The notes under the pieces were generated by a model. It was not told where the DNA came from and did no database searches. It was given only the letters and a program-made list of their open reading frames with translations. Shown here piece after piece: positions 1 to 9,847 of a stretch of DNA of 64,000 nucleotides (the stretch's first letter is position 1; every line of letters begins with the position of its first letter). The stretch is from NCBI GenBank assembly GCA_050014195.1, contig JBEKDT010000015.1, forward strand, positions 32,001-96,000, in the 5' to 3' direction. Position numbers and translations under genes: made by a program. This stretch comes from Desulfomonilia bacterium. GTDB taxonomy: Bacteria > Desulfobacterota > Desulfomonilia > UBA1062.

Positions 1-1
1 T

Positions 2-328
2 ACGATATACCTGGAAAAGAAAGACATAGCGCTGGCCCTCGAGACCGACCAGAAGACACTTGAACGTAATTCCCATTATGCCCCGGCATGGCATCTTCTG
101 TCCAAGATCTATGTAGCACAAGGCAAACCGAATGATGCCATCAACGCCCTTAGGCATGCAATCCTCGAGTACCCCGGTTATGCCGAGGCCCACTACGACC
201 TTGCCCAGCTCTACCTCCAGATGGGTGCAACTGAAAAGGCAAAGGATGAGTTCGTGAAAGTGGTCGAGCTCGACCAGGGCGGCCCGTATGCAACCATGGC
301 GGTGGATAAGTTGAAAGAGTTGAAATAG
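2..328 (+). CDS. TPR-repeat protein, 3' part (5' end outside window)
   Basis: Frame 2 is open to TAG at 326-328; TPR-like helices (YAPAWHLLSKIYVAQG, YAEAHYDLAQLYLQMG). Confidence 0.75.
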   Translation, partial: TIYLEKKDIALALETDQKTLERNSHYAPAWHLLSKIYVAQGKPNDAINALRHAILEYPGYAEAHYDLAQLYLQMGATEKAKDEFVKVVELDQGGPYATMAVDKLKELK

Positions 329-372
329 TAAGTGACTAGAGTGAGAGGTTGGTAGGGGCGGACTCCAAGCCG

Positions 373-2235
373 CTACAAATTACCCTTACCATCCTTGCGC
401 ATCTTTACAGCCAACTGTACTGCCTGCAGCCCGGCCGGTGTCATGCCCTCGATGCGTTCGGCCTGGCCTAGTGTGGCCGGCCTGATCTCTTCAAGCCTGC
501 ATTTGAGCTCATTGGAGAGACCCTGGATGCCTGCAAAGTTGAGACCTACTGGAATCTTCATGCGCTCAAGCTCTTTGAGCTTCACGATCTCTTTAAGCTG
601 CCTATCGATGTATCCCTCGTACTTTATCTCCACCTCGGTCTCCACTTCAGCAAGGGATGAGACAGGGGGAATCAGTGCATGGTGTTTGAAATCACCTAAA
701 GTGACCTCGGGTCTCTTAAGCAGCCGCTCCAGGGTAATGCGCTCCTGGTCGTTACCGCGTGTGGGGGCAAACTCGGGCATGTCATGAGGGATGATGACGA
801 AAGTCTTCTGCAGATGACCATGTAAGGCAGCGATCTCGTCCTTAATGTCGCAGACCCTTTCAAAGCGTTTCCTATCGATGAGCCCGAGCCTTAAGGCCTC
901 TTCGCTCAGCCTGAATACGGCATTGGTCTCCCTGAGCATGAGCCGGTATTCGGCCCGGGAGGTGAACATGCGGTAGGGCTCGGTCGTGCCCCTGGTGACC
1001 AGGTCGTCTATCATGACGGCTATGTAGGCCTCAGACCTGTCCAGGATGAAAGGCTCCTCTCTCTTGATGCCAAGGGCGGCATTGATCCCTGCCATGATGC
1101 CCTGACCTGCGGCCTCCTCATAGCCGGATGTGCCGTTTACCTGGCCTGCCAGGTACAGGCCCTGCACGAGTTTGGTCTCTAAGGTCCGCAGGAGCTGGGT
1201 GGGCTTAACATATTCGTACTCTATGGCATATGCAGGCCTGATGATCTCCGCCTTCTCCAGACCCGGCACGGAGCGTACGATCTTGAACTGGAGCTCCACA
1301 GGCAGGCTGTTGCCCAGACCTGAGGCGTAGACCTCTTTGGTGTTGATGCCCTCGGGCTCGATAATGACCTGGTGCCCCTCCCTCTCACCGAACCGCATGA
1401 CCTTGTCCTCCAAGGACGGACAATATCTGGCAGGTGTCCCGGTGATGGCACCCGAGTACAGCGGGCTCAAAGAGATGTTGTTCCGGATAATCTCATGGGT
1501 CAGGGATGTGGTCCTGGTAAGATAGCATGAAACCTGGGGAAGACGCCCCCTCGATGAGGTAAAGCCGAAGGCCATACAGCCCGCCTCCGGGTCCTGTTTT
1601 TGGAGGGAGGAGAGGTCAATCGTATCCCGGTGTAGCCTGGGTGGAGTGCCGGTCTTGAGCCTTCCCAGGGAGAATCCCAAGGTCTTGAGAGACTCCGAGA
1701 GCTCATAGGATCCTTCCTCGCCTGCCCTGCCGGCAGGTATGCGTATCTGACCGATGTGTATGAGCCCCGAGAGGAATGTGCCGGTAGTGATGATCACGGC
1801 CTTGGCACCATAGACCATGCCGGTGCGGTCCCTGACCCCCGTGACGCGGCCATTTTTAACTTCAACAGCATCAATGCGCGCCTGGCGGATATGGATACCC
1901 GAGTCCTCCACCCTCGCCTTGACCGCGGCCTCGTACATCCTTCGATCATTCTGGGTTCTGGTGGCCCTCACGGCAGGGCCCTTCTTGGTGTTGAGAACGC
2001 GGTACTGGATGGCCGTTTCATCCGCCACTTCACCCATGATGCCGCCCAACGCGTCGACCTCCTTGACCAGGTGGCTCTTGGCAAGCCCGCCGATGGAAGG
2101 GCTGCAAGGCATCCTGCCCACGGTGTCCATGTTGAGGGTGAACAGGGCGACATTCAGTCCGAGTCTATGCGCGGCCAGGGCCGCCTCCACTCCTGCATGT
2201 CCGCCGCCCACTACGATGATGTCGAAGTCTTCCAT
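373..2235 (-). CDS. mnmG: tRNA uridine-5-carboxymethylaminomethyl modification enzyme MnmG/GidA
   Basis: GGGHAGVEAA FAD motif, RLKTGTPPRL, RYCPSLEDK, AGQVNGTSGYEEAAGQG, EPYRMFTSRAEYRL. Confidence 0.97.
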   Translation of the reverse strand: MEDFDIIVVGGGHAGVEAALAAHRLGLNVALFTLNMDTVGRMPCSPSIGGLAKSHLVKEVDALGGIMGEVADETAIQYRVLNTKKGPAVRATRTQNDRRMYEAAVKARVEDSGIHIRQARIDAVEVKNGRVTGVRDRTGMVYGAKAVIITTGTFLSGLIHIGQIRIPAGRAGEEGSYELSESLKTLGFSLGRLKTGTPPRLHRDTIDLSSLQKQDPEAGCMAFGFTSSRGRLPQVSCYLTRTTSLTHEIIRNNISLSPLYSGAITGTPARYCPSLEDKVMRFGEREGHQVIIEPEGINTKEVYASGLGNSLPVELQFKIVRSVPGLEKAEIIRPAYAIEYEYVKPTQLLRTLETKLVQGLYLAGQVNGTSGYEEAAGQGIMAGINAALGIKREEPFILDRSEAYIAVMIDDLVTRGTTEPYRMFTSRAEYRLMLRETNAVFRLSEEALRLGLIDRKRFERVCDIKDEIAALHGHLQKTFVIIPHDMPEFAPTRGNDQERITLERLLKRPEVTLGDFKHHALIPPVSSLAEVETEVEIKYEGYIDRQLKEIVKLKELERMKIPVGLNFAGIQGLSNELKCRLEEIRPATLGQAERIEGMTPAGLQAVQLAVKMRKDGKGNL

Positions 2236-2320
2236 CCCAAGACACCTCTAGGTCAAACGACGCCTCATTTCAACATGAAAGGATGGAGAAGATTACCCCT
2301 ACGGGTTCATTGCACGGGTT

Positions 2321-2344
2321 GTCGCGGCTAAAGCCGCTCCTACA
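2321..2344 (-). repeat. GTAG-type REP palindrome
   Basis: Reverse complement of TGTAGGAGCGGCTTTAGCCGCGAC; near-identical copies at 27084-27107 and 27391-27414. Confidence 0.7.
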
Positions 2345-2379
2345 GGCAGTCACTATTCACTAGTCACTATTCCCTCATG

Positions 2380-3030
2380 TTACAGCCGCCCTTTCAGCGG
2401 GCAAGCATCGCAACGGGGCTGCCTGGTCCTGCAGTAGTCCTTGCCGATGAATACCATGTGGGCATGGAGGTCTTTGTATACGTCCAGCTTCCGGGGCAAA
2501 CCCGCCTCGAAGATGGCCCGGATCTCATCATAATCGGCATGCTCATCGACGATGTGGTGCCTGACGAGCATGCGCTTCGTGTAGGCATCCACTACGAAGA
2601 TACACTTGCCCGCGGCATAGCAGCAAATGCTGTCGGCGGTCTCCTTGCCGATGCCGCTCACTTCCAGCAGTTCCGCACGTAACACATCCGGTCCCAGAGA
2701 AAACAGCCTGTCCAGGTCCCCGGCATGGAAGGCCATAATCATGCGAACAAGGTTCTTGAGGCGAGAGGTCTTGACATTGTAGTATCCTGAAGGCTTCAGA
2801 AGCGAGGCCAGGTATGGCTCATCGGCACTATGAACAGCGGACATGTCCATGAGGCCGGCTGCCTTGAGGTTAATAATGGCCTTTTCAACATTGGTCCAGG
2901 CAGTATTCTGCGTGAGAACCGCGCCGACCATCACCTCGAAGGGGGTCTCTCCGGGCCACCATCCTGATGGGCCGTAATGATCGAACAGGATGCGGTACAG
3001 ACGGGAGGGGTTAAAACCGGATCGGCTCAA
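2380..3030 (-). CDS. HhH-GPD / endonuclease III-like DNA glycosylase with FeS motif
   Basis: WWPGETPFEVMVGAVLTQNTAW, GIGKETADSI HhH motif, VVDAYT, C-terminal CRTRQPRCDACPL. Confidence 0.9.
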   Translation of the reverse strand: MSRSGFNPSRLYRILFDHYGPSGWWPGETPFEVMVGAVLTQNTAWTNVEKAIINLKAAGLMDMSAVHSADEPYLASLLKPSGYYNVKTSRLKNLVRMIMAFHAGDLDRLFSLGPDVLRAELLEVSGIGKETADSICCYAAGKCIFVVDAYTKRMLVRHHIVDEHADYDEIRAIFEAGLPRKLDVYKDLHAHMVFIGKDYCRTRQPRCDACPLKGRL

Positions 3031-3035
3031 CGCTC

Positions 3036-3812
3036 TTAGTTTTCTCCATGCCCTTTGTGCTTGATGACGTCCTTCATCTTATCGCGGATGTCCCCGCGGA
3101 TGTTGAAGAGCATGGCGGTCATCTCCAACTCATATTCGAGCGCCGCCTTGGCATCGAGCCTGCTTACTACATCCAGGCTCCTCTTGACGGCCTTGACCAC
3201 TTCCGGCGATCTGCTCACAAGCTCTTGGGCGCAGGTCAGGACCTCTTCCCTGAAGCGCTCCGGCTCCACCACCCTGTTTACAAGACCTATTGCATGGGCC
3301 TCCTGTGCACCGATGGGATCACCTGTCAAGGCCAGATCCTTGGCCCTGGCAATACCTATGCGGGAGACCAGCGGGGTGAGCAGAGGATTGAATCCGTACT
3401 TGATCTCAGGGTGTGCGAAGATGGCGCTTTCGGATGCAATGATCATGTCTCCCATGAGCGCGAGGTTGAACCCGCCCCCAAAGGCGATGCCGCTGACAGC
3501 GGTGATGAGGATCTTGTCCTGGTCGAGCAGCAAGGAGTATACCTCTACGGCAAGCCTGAAATAATTCGCTGCCTGTTCGGTAGTAAAATGAGGCGCCTCC
3601 TTCAGGTCTATGCCTGCCGAGAAACACTCAATCCCCCCGGACAAGACGATGACCCTGATCTCGGAAGATTCATGGAGGAATTGGGAGAACACCTGATGGA
3701 TCTCCTTCATCATCCCATAAGAGAGCGCATTGAGGTCGCGCTTGCGGTCCATCTCGATAAAGGCGATCCTATCTCTTACATCTGCCTTGATGAACTGGTA
3801 CTCCATGGGCAT
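3036..3812 (-). CDS. Enoyl-CoA hydratase/isomerase family protein
   Basis: FSAGIDLKE, AFGGGFNLALMGD, FAHPEIKYG crotonase motifs. Confidence 0.9.
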   Translation of the reverse strand: MPMEYQFIKADVRDRIAFIEMDRKRDLNALSYGMMKEIHQVFSQFLHESSEIRVIVLSGGIECFSAGIDLKEAPHFTTEQAANYFRLAVEVYSLLLDQDKILITAVSGIAFGGGFNLALMGDMIIASESAIFAHPEIKYGFNPLLTPLVSRIGIARAKDLALTGDPIGAQEAHAIGLVNRVVEPERFREEVLTCAQELVSRSPEVVKAVKRSLDVVSRLDAKAALEYELEMTAMLFNIRGDIRDKMKDVIKHKGHGEN

Positions 3813-3924
3813 CTCCTCTTTTGTTCTCTACGTCATGTACCCTTGGTGAAAATGCATGTCAATAACAGGATAACGGCGAGTTGATTGTAGTATGGTTACT
3901 TGATCTGCCATAGTCCTTTCTGCT

Positions 3925-5385
3925 ATGGCCTATGATGTGACCTGCCTTCGAGTCAGTGAGTTGAACGAACGCGCCCGGGAGGCCTTGAGTTCTTGCTTGG
4001 GGCCCGATGTATGGGTAGTTGGGGAGATCCACGGGTTAAAGGTCCATGCAAAATCCGGCCATATCTACTTCGACCTCGTAGAGAAGGCCGCTGCCGCGAC
4101 AGAGCAGTATATTGCAAAAGTGAGCTGCGCCTTTTTCAGAGGCTCATATGCGGCCTGGCAACGCTCGCTCACCGTGATTGGGCTGAAAGACTTCGAACTC
4201 GCAAGCGGCATAGAGATAAAACTTAAGGCCCGGGTGGATCTCTTTGTCAAAGAAGGTCGCTACCAGCTCATTGTCCTTGAGATCGACCCGAGTTATACCT
4301 TTGGCGCCATTGCACGGAAAAGGGCACAGACCATAGAGACCCTTCGTGCGGAGGGCCTCATGGAGAGGAATAAGGCCCTGGAACTACCTGCAATCCCCCT
4401 GAATATCGGACTCATCACCTCTTACGGTTCTGCCGCCTTTCAGGACTTCACAAGCATTATCTTAAAGAGCGGATATGCATTCCGTATCACGCTTTTTGAT
4501 GCGCACATGCAGGGCGAAAACACGGTGCGTGAGGTCACCCGGGGCATAAAGACCCTTGAAAAAGTTTCGGGTGTGGACACGATAGTCATTATCAGAGGCG
4601 GAGGCGCCAAGACGGATCTTTTCGTATTCGACGACATCACTATTTGTCGCGCAATCGCTACAAGCCACAAACCGGTTATCACGGGCATCGGCCACGAGAT
4701 CGATTTGTCGGTGGCGGATATGGCGGCGCACAAGTATTTCGTCACTCCTACCGACACTGCACGATTCTTTGTCTCACATATAGATGCCATATGGGACTTT
4801 CTGGAAGATGCCTCTGCCGGAGTGGCCCTTGCTGCGCGCAAAGTACTTGACACATCCTCGCAGGGCACAAGCATGATTGCAGCACGACTCGCCCTGGTTA
4901 TCCAGAGATTTTCCTCAAAGGCCCGTTCCTCCTTGGAGGCTACTGCATCCTCATTGCTGAGGAGGGGCTTAAACCATATCGCCTTGAATGACAGGCGCCT
5001 CTTGAAGGTCCTCTCCGCATTCACCCATCAGGCGGCATCGTGTATCCATGACCAGGCATCGACCTTTGACCACGCCATACTCACCATGAAATTGCATTCA
5101 ACTTCTCTCCTCAAACACATGGGCTATAACCTGGAGCACCATCATGCCTCCATGCTTAAAGAAATTTCTCAAGGCATTGCTGAAAGCCTGACAGCCCTGG
5201 TCCGCTATGAGAAGGACCTTGATCATATGAGACCGGAGGTAACCCTCCAGAGAGGATACAGCATCACTTTAGGCAGAGACGGTAAGGCACTCCGTGACGC
5301 GAATGATGCACCCATAAACGAGAGGATCGTGAGCGTGCTCATGAAAGGAAAGGTCCACTCTGTAGTATACGACAAGGAGCCGTGA
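3925..5385 (+). CDS. xseA: Exodeoxyribonuclease VII large subunit
   Basis: N-terminal OB fold (WVVGEI, SGHIYF), IIRGGG, ITGIGHEID, TPT, LQRGYSI. Confidence 0.93.
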   Translation: MAYDVTCLRVSELNERAREALSSCLGPDVWVVGEIHGLKVHAKSGHIYFDLVEKAAAATEQYIAKVSCAFFRGSYAAWQRSLTVIGLKDFELASGIEIKLKARVDLFVKEGRYQLIVLEIDPSYTFGAIARKRAQTIETLRAEGLMERNKALELPAIPLNIGLITSYGSAAFQDFTSIILKSGYAFRITLFDAHMQGENTVREVTRGIKTLEKVSGVDTIVIIRGGGAKTDLFVFDDITICRAIATSHKPVITGIGHEIDLSVADMAAHKYFVTPTDTARFFVSHIDAIWDFLEDASAGVALAARKVLDTSSQGTSMIAARLALVIQRFSSKARSSLEATASSLLRRGLNHIALNDRRLLKVLSAFTHQAASCIHDQASTFDHAILTMKLHSTSLLKHMGYNLEHHHASMLKEISQGIAESLTALVRYEKDLDHMRPEVTLQRGYSITLGRDGKALRDANDAPINERIVSVLMKGKVHSVVYDKEP

Positions 5386-5615
5386 TAAAGATGAAAAAAG
5401 CCAAGGGATATTCAGACGTATTGCGCGAACTTGAGGATATGCTGGAGCGGATGAACAGGGGTGAGATCCCCATCGACGAGCTTGAGGAGGCTGTCAAGTC
5501 AGCTGCACAGAAGATCCGCTACCTGCGTGACAAGCTTAAGGCCACCGAGGCAGAGATCATAAAGGTCTTAAGCGAGATTGAGAGTGGGTCTTCCGGCGGG
5601 AATGAGGAACAGTAG
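5382..5615 (+). CDS. xseB: Exodeoxyribonuclease VII small subunit
   Basis: Short helical ORF overlapping the xseA stop; ELEDMLERMNRGEIPIDEL. Confidence 0.85.
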   Translation: MIKMKKAKGYSDVLRELEDMLERMNRGEIPIDELEEAVKSAAQKIRYLRDKLKATEAEIIKVLSEIESGSSGGNEEQ

Positions 5616-5638
5616 TACGCCTCATTTTTCACTGATCA

Positions 5639-7267
5639 TTACATCATGGTTGCCATCCACAGCAGGCCCATGGCCGGAACAATGGCCCACAGCCCCATTA
5701 CATAGATCGTGTACATGCGGTTGTCGAATATGGTCTGTTCCGTATAAAAGTCAATCCCCTTTGCCAGGAAAAAAAGCGGCGGTAGAAGGCCATAGACAAT
5801 CGCCGGGGCGGCCTTCAGGGGGAAGCTCAGGAAGAGGACAAGTGCCAGGCCCATGATGGTGTATTCCAGCAGCATGGTTGCCTTGTCCTCGTTTATGTAC
5901 CTGGCAAGGCTCATGCGTCCCATGATGGCGTCTTTCTCCATGTTCTTGAGTCCGAGCAGGATCTCGACGGTAAGGTAATGGGTGGCCACATAGGCTGTGA
6001 GCAGGCCGATATTCGGCTGAACTGCCGTGCGGGTGAGGATCAACGGTACTACTATGCAGGTGAGGATGAAAATGGCGGCGCCGTAGAGGCTCTTCAAGTA
6101 ATCCTGCACGCCGGCCACATCCAGTAGAGGTCTTAACAGCGAGGCCCCGATGATAACAAGGGCGCCCGTAAATCCATTCGCCAGCAGGCTGATCGATAAG
6201 GCGATTCCCGTTGAGATGGCCCAGGTGGGCCACTGCCGCTGTCTCTTGGTGCGCGCCGTTGAAGAGAATGCCAGGAAGAAGACGGCAAGCAGCACATCCC
6301 ACCGGTATGCCTGTCCGGAGAAGACGAGGGCCACCATGGCGGCCCCGAGACAGCCCAGCGAGGGCAACAGCGGCGACTCGGCCAAGGTATCCAACATGAT
6401 ACCTTCGATGCCTGAGGACGCATGGATGCTCTTGAGCGCGTCGATGCACTCCTCGATCACCCAGTGAGGTGTTGATGCACCGGCGATGACGGCGACCTTG
6501 TTCATCCGGGAGCGGTTTATGCCCTCGAGCTGATCCGGTGATTCTATCTTGATGACATAGCGGTTTTCTTTGGCCGCGATCTCGGCCAGGCGCTTGGTGT
6601 TGGCCGACGTCCTGCCGCCGATGACTATGAAGGTGTCATGGTCTTTGGCGAGCTCCCTCACCTCGCTCTGGCGGTCCACCGTAGAGCGGCAGATGGTATC
6701 CGATACATCCAGGATATCGGCCTTGTCCCGCAGGATGTCTATTATCTCCTTGTAAAGGGCCACATCAAATGTGGTCTGCGCCACTACGGCAAGTCTTTTT
6801 ACCCGGGGGACCTTTTTCGCATCATCCAGGGTTTGGATGATTATCCCCTTATCCCCGGCAACACCCATGTGGGCATCCATCTCAGGATGGTCCTTGTCGC
6901 CGACGATGGCAATGAGGTCTGCGGTCTTGGCGGCCTTCTTGATGACGGTATGCAGCTTGAGCACCATGGGGCATGCAGCGTCGATGACCTCGACACCGCG
7001 CACTGTAAGCGCCGCCTTATTATCCGGTGAAATGCCATGCGCCCGTACGATGGCGATGTCGCCGGGCTTCAACTTCGGATCGTCGATGTCGTGAACGATC
7101 CCGATCCCCCGCTTGGTCAGCGCGTCAATGACCTGGGGGTTGTGGATGATCTGGCCCAGCGTGTAAATCCTCTTCCCGGGGTCATTCTGCCTTACCTTGA
7201 AGGTGATGTCGATGGCGCGGCGTACCCCGAAACAGAACCCTGCATGGCGAGCGATGGTGATCTTCAT
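5639..7267 (-). CDS. ispH: 4-hydroxy-3-methylbut-2-enyl diphosphate reductase IspH fused to a C-terminal multi-TM domain
   Basis: AGFCFGVRRA, IIHNPQV, RAHG, DAACP, HPE, TICRST, AGASTP; about 260 hydrophobic C-terminal residues. Start placed at MKITIA, which overlaps the tlyA stop (TAATG). Confidence 0.9.
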   Translation of the reverse strand: MKITIARHAGFCFGVRRAIDITFKVRQNDPGKRIYTLGQIIHNPQVIDALTKRGIGIVHDIDDPKLKPGDIAIVRAHGISPDNKAALTVRGVEVIDAACPMVLKLHTVIKKAAKTADLIAIVGDKDHPEMDAHMGVAGDKGIIIQTLDDAKKVPRVKRLAVVAQTTFDVALYKEIIDILRDKADILDVSDTICRSTVDRQSEVRELAKDHDTFIVIGGRTSANTKRLAEIAAKENRYVIKIESPDQLEGINRSRMNKVAVIAGASTPHWVIEECIDALKSIHASSGIEGIMLDTLAESPLLPSLGCLGAAMVALVFSGQAYRWDVLLAVFFLAFSSTARTKRQRQWPTWAISTGIALSISLLANGFTGALVIIGASLLRPLLDVAGVQDYLKSLYGAAIFILTCIVVPLILTRTAVQPNIGLLTAYVATHYLTVEILLGLKNMEKDAIMGRMSLARYINEDKATMLLEYTIMGLALVLFLSFPLKAAPAIVYGLLPPLFFLAKGIDFYTEQTIFDNRMYTIYVMGLWAIVPAMGLLWMATMM

Positions 7268-8001
7268 TACAGGGCGTTCCTCATTGCATGGATGAGATAT
7301 TCCTGGTTTCCCTTGGCACCCTTGACCGGAGAGGGGATAACCCCGCTTACCTGAAGTGCACAATCTTCCAGGAAGGCCGCCATGTCCTTGACGACGGACT
7401 CATGTACCTGAAGGTCCCTGACCACGCCGCCTCTGCCCACCTGAAGTCTCCCCGCTTCGAACTGGGGCTTGATAAGGGCGATAATGTGCGCTTCGCTCTT
7501 TAAGAGTTCGAGCACCGGCGGGATGACCAGCCTTAAAGAGATGAATGATACGTCAAAGGTTGCCATATCGCACGGCTCCGGGATATGTTCGCGGCCGATC
7601 ATGCGTGCGTTGACGCCCTCCAGACAGACCACCCGAGGATCGGTCCTCAGCCTCCAGTGGAGCTGTCCGTGGCCTACATCCACTGCATACACCTTCTTCG
7701 CACCCCGTTTCAGCATGACATCGGTAAACCCGCCAGTAGACGATCCGACATCGAGGGCGACCATGCCCTTCACATCCACGGAAAATGCATCCAGCGCGGC
7801 ATTGAGCTTCAGCGCTCCCCTGCCCACAAAGGTGTTATAAGGCTTTATCGAGACAGGGGAATCATTTTCGATGGCGGTGCCGGCCTTGATTACGGCCTTG
7901 CCGTCCACCAGGACCTGGCCTGCCATGATAAGGCCAAGCGCCTTGGAGCGGGTCTCGGCCAGGCCTTTCTCCACCAAAAGCTTGTCCAGGCGCATCTTCA
8001 T
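7267..8001 (-). CDS. tlyA: TlyA family RNA methyltransferase
   Basis: S4 domain (RLDKLLVEKGLAETRSKA), DVGSSTGGFTD, DVSFISL, LIKPQFE. Confidence 0.95.
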   Translation of the reverse strand: MKMRLDKLLVEKGLAETRSKALGLIMAGQVLVDGKAVIKAGTAIENDSPVSIKPYNTFVGRGALKLNAALDAFSVDVKGMVALDVGSSTGGFTDVMLKRGAKKVYAVDVGHGQLHWRLRTDPRVVCLEGVNARMIGREHIPEPCDMATFDVSFISLRLVIPPVLELLKSEAHIIALIKPQFEAGRLQVGRGGVVRDLQVHESVVKDMAAFLEDCALQVSGVIPSPVKGAKGNQEYLIHAMRNAL

Positions 8002-9845
8002 AGGATATCCCTGATGACCTTCTGGATGCCTTTTTCATCCAGACCAACGATCTTTTTAAGATCGCTCAATGATCCGTGTTCGATGAACCTGTCGGGTATG
8101 CCGATGAGCCTGAACTTGAGTGGTATATCCATGTCCTGAAGGGCCTCAAGGATGGCCGACCCGACGCCTCCATGGACACACCCGTCTTCTACCACTACAA
8201 ACCTGCCGCCACAGGAAAGCGCCAGCTCTCTGATGGTCTTCACATCGAGCGGTTTGGCAAAGACAAGGTCGACCACCGCAACATCATCAAGGTCTTTTAC
8301 CGCTTCCAGGGCAGTGTAACATAAGGGGCCTGCACAGAAGACGACAGCCTTTGTGCCCCTTTTCAGGATCTCCGATCTGCCCAGTTTCAACCTGGCTGCC
8401 TTCATGGGAGAGTCGATGACCTTGTCCCTGGGGTATCTGATGGCAACAGGCCTGTGAAGACTCAAGCCGTGTTCGAGCATCTTCTCGAGCATGAGCTGGT
8501 CTCTTGGTACCATGATCGTCATATTGGGGATGCTCCGCAGGTAGGCAAGGTCAAAGGTGCCATGATGCGTGGGGCCGTCGGGGCCCACAAGACCCGCCCT
8601 ATCGATGGCTAAGATGACCGGTGCGTTCTGCAGCGCCACGTCATGGATGATGGAGTCGAAGCCGCGTTGGAGAAAGGTGGAGTAGATGGCCACCACCGGC
8701 CTCAGGCCGAACAGTGACATGGCTGCTGCCATGGTTACGGCATGGCCTTCCGCAATACCCACATCATAAAACCGTTCCGGATATCGTCTGGCAAATTCTT
8801 TCAGCCCTGTGCCCGTAGTCATGGCAGCACTCAAGGCGATGATCCGGGGATCCCTCTTGGCAAGCCGGATAAGGGCGCTGCCGAAGACATCGGAATAAGT
8901 CGGCTCAGGAGAGGCCTTCGGTCCGTCGCCATTTTCCAGATCAAACTTGCCAACGCCATGGTAGTGCTCCGGGTCCTTCACTGCCGGATGGTATCCGCGG
9001 CCCTTCTGGGTGATTACGTGAAGGAGGATCGGCTCATTCATGGCGGCAATGTTCCGGAATGCCTCCACCAGGTGCGCCATGTTATGTCCGTCGATGGGGC
9101 CCACATACCTGAAGCCCATCTCCTCGAAGAGCAGCCCCTCGGTTACTACGCCTTTGAGGTTCCCCTCGATGAGCTTGGCAGCCTTATAGATTGCATTGCC
9201 GCCCAAGGGGATGCGTTTGAGTGTCTGCTTTATGCCGTCTTTCACGTCCCGGACACGCTGTGATGTCATGATCCTGCTCAGATAATCCGCCACTGCCCCG
9301 ACACGCTTGGATATGAACATGGTGTTGTCGTTGAGGACTACGATGAGGTTCTGCCTCCTCATGCCTACGAAATTAAGGCCTTCGAAGGTGAGTCCGTTGG
9401 ACAGCGATCCGTCTCCTATTACGGCTATCACACGGTTTTTACTCTCGGCCTTGGCAAAAGTCTCGCAGATGCCGCTTGCCGCAGGCAGGGCGTTTCCGGT
9501 ATGGCCTGAGATGAAGGCATCGTAAGGGCTCTCGGCGGGGTTCATGAACGGGCTTAAGCCCCCGTGCTGCCTCAGGGTGGGGAAGGAGTCCCTCCTGCCT
9601 GTTATGATCTTGTGCGTATACCCCTGATGGCCCACGTCCCACAGGATTTTGTCCATGGGGGTGTTGAAGACATAGTGCATGGCAATGGTGAGCTCAACGG
9701 TCCCGAGGCTCGATGCCAGGTGGCCCCCCGTACGGCTCACGCACTCTATGATAAATTCCCTGACCTCTGTGCCCAGCGTCTCAAGCTGGCTTATGCTGAG
9801 CCGCTTTAAGTCTGAAGGTGCTGAAATATTTTCAAGGATTCCCAT
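7998..9845 (-). CDS. dxs: 1-deoxy-D-xylulose-5-phosphate synthase
   Basis: GGHLASSLG, WDVGHQ, IGDGSL, GPIDGH, DVGIAEGHA, YSTFLQR, DGPTHHG. Confidence 0.97.
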   Translation of the reverse strand: MGILENISAPSDLKRLSISQLETLGTEVREFIIECVSRTGGHLASSLGTVELTIAMHYVFNTPMDKILWDVGHQGYTHKIITGRRDSFPTLRQHGGLSPFMNPAESPYDAFISGHTGNALPAASGICETFAKAESKNRVIAVIGDGSLSNGLTFEGLNFVGMRRQNLIVVLNDNTMFISKRVGAVADYLSRIMTSQRVRDVKDGIKQTLKRIPLGGNAIYKAAKLIEGNLKGVVTEGLLFEEMGFRYVGPIDGHNMAHLVEAFRNIAAMNEPILLHVITQKGRGYHPAVKDPEHYHGVGKFDLENGDGPKASPEPTYSDVFGSALIRLAKRDPRIIALSAAMTTGTGLKEFARRYPERFYDVGIAEGHAVTMAAAMSLFGLRPVVAIYSTFLQRGFDSIIHDVALQNAPVILAIDRAGLVGPDGPTHHGTFDLAYLRSIPNMTIMVPRDQLMLEKMLEHGLSLHRPVAIRYPRDKVIDSPMKAARLKLGRSEILKRGTKAVVFCAGPLCYTALEAVKDLDDVAVVDLVFAKPLDVKTIRELALSCGGRFVVVEDGCVHGGVGSAILEALQDMDIPLKFRLIGIPDRFIEHGSLSDLKKIVGLDEKGIQKVIRDIL

Positions 9846-9847
9846 AG

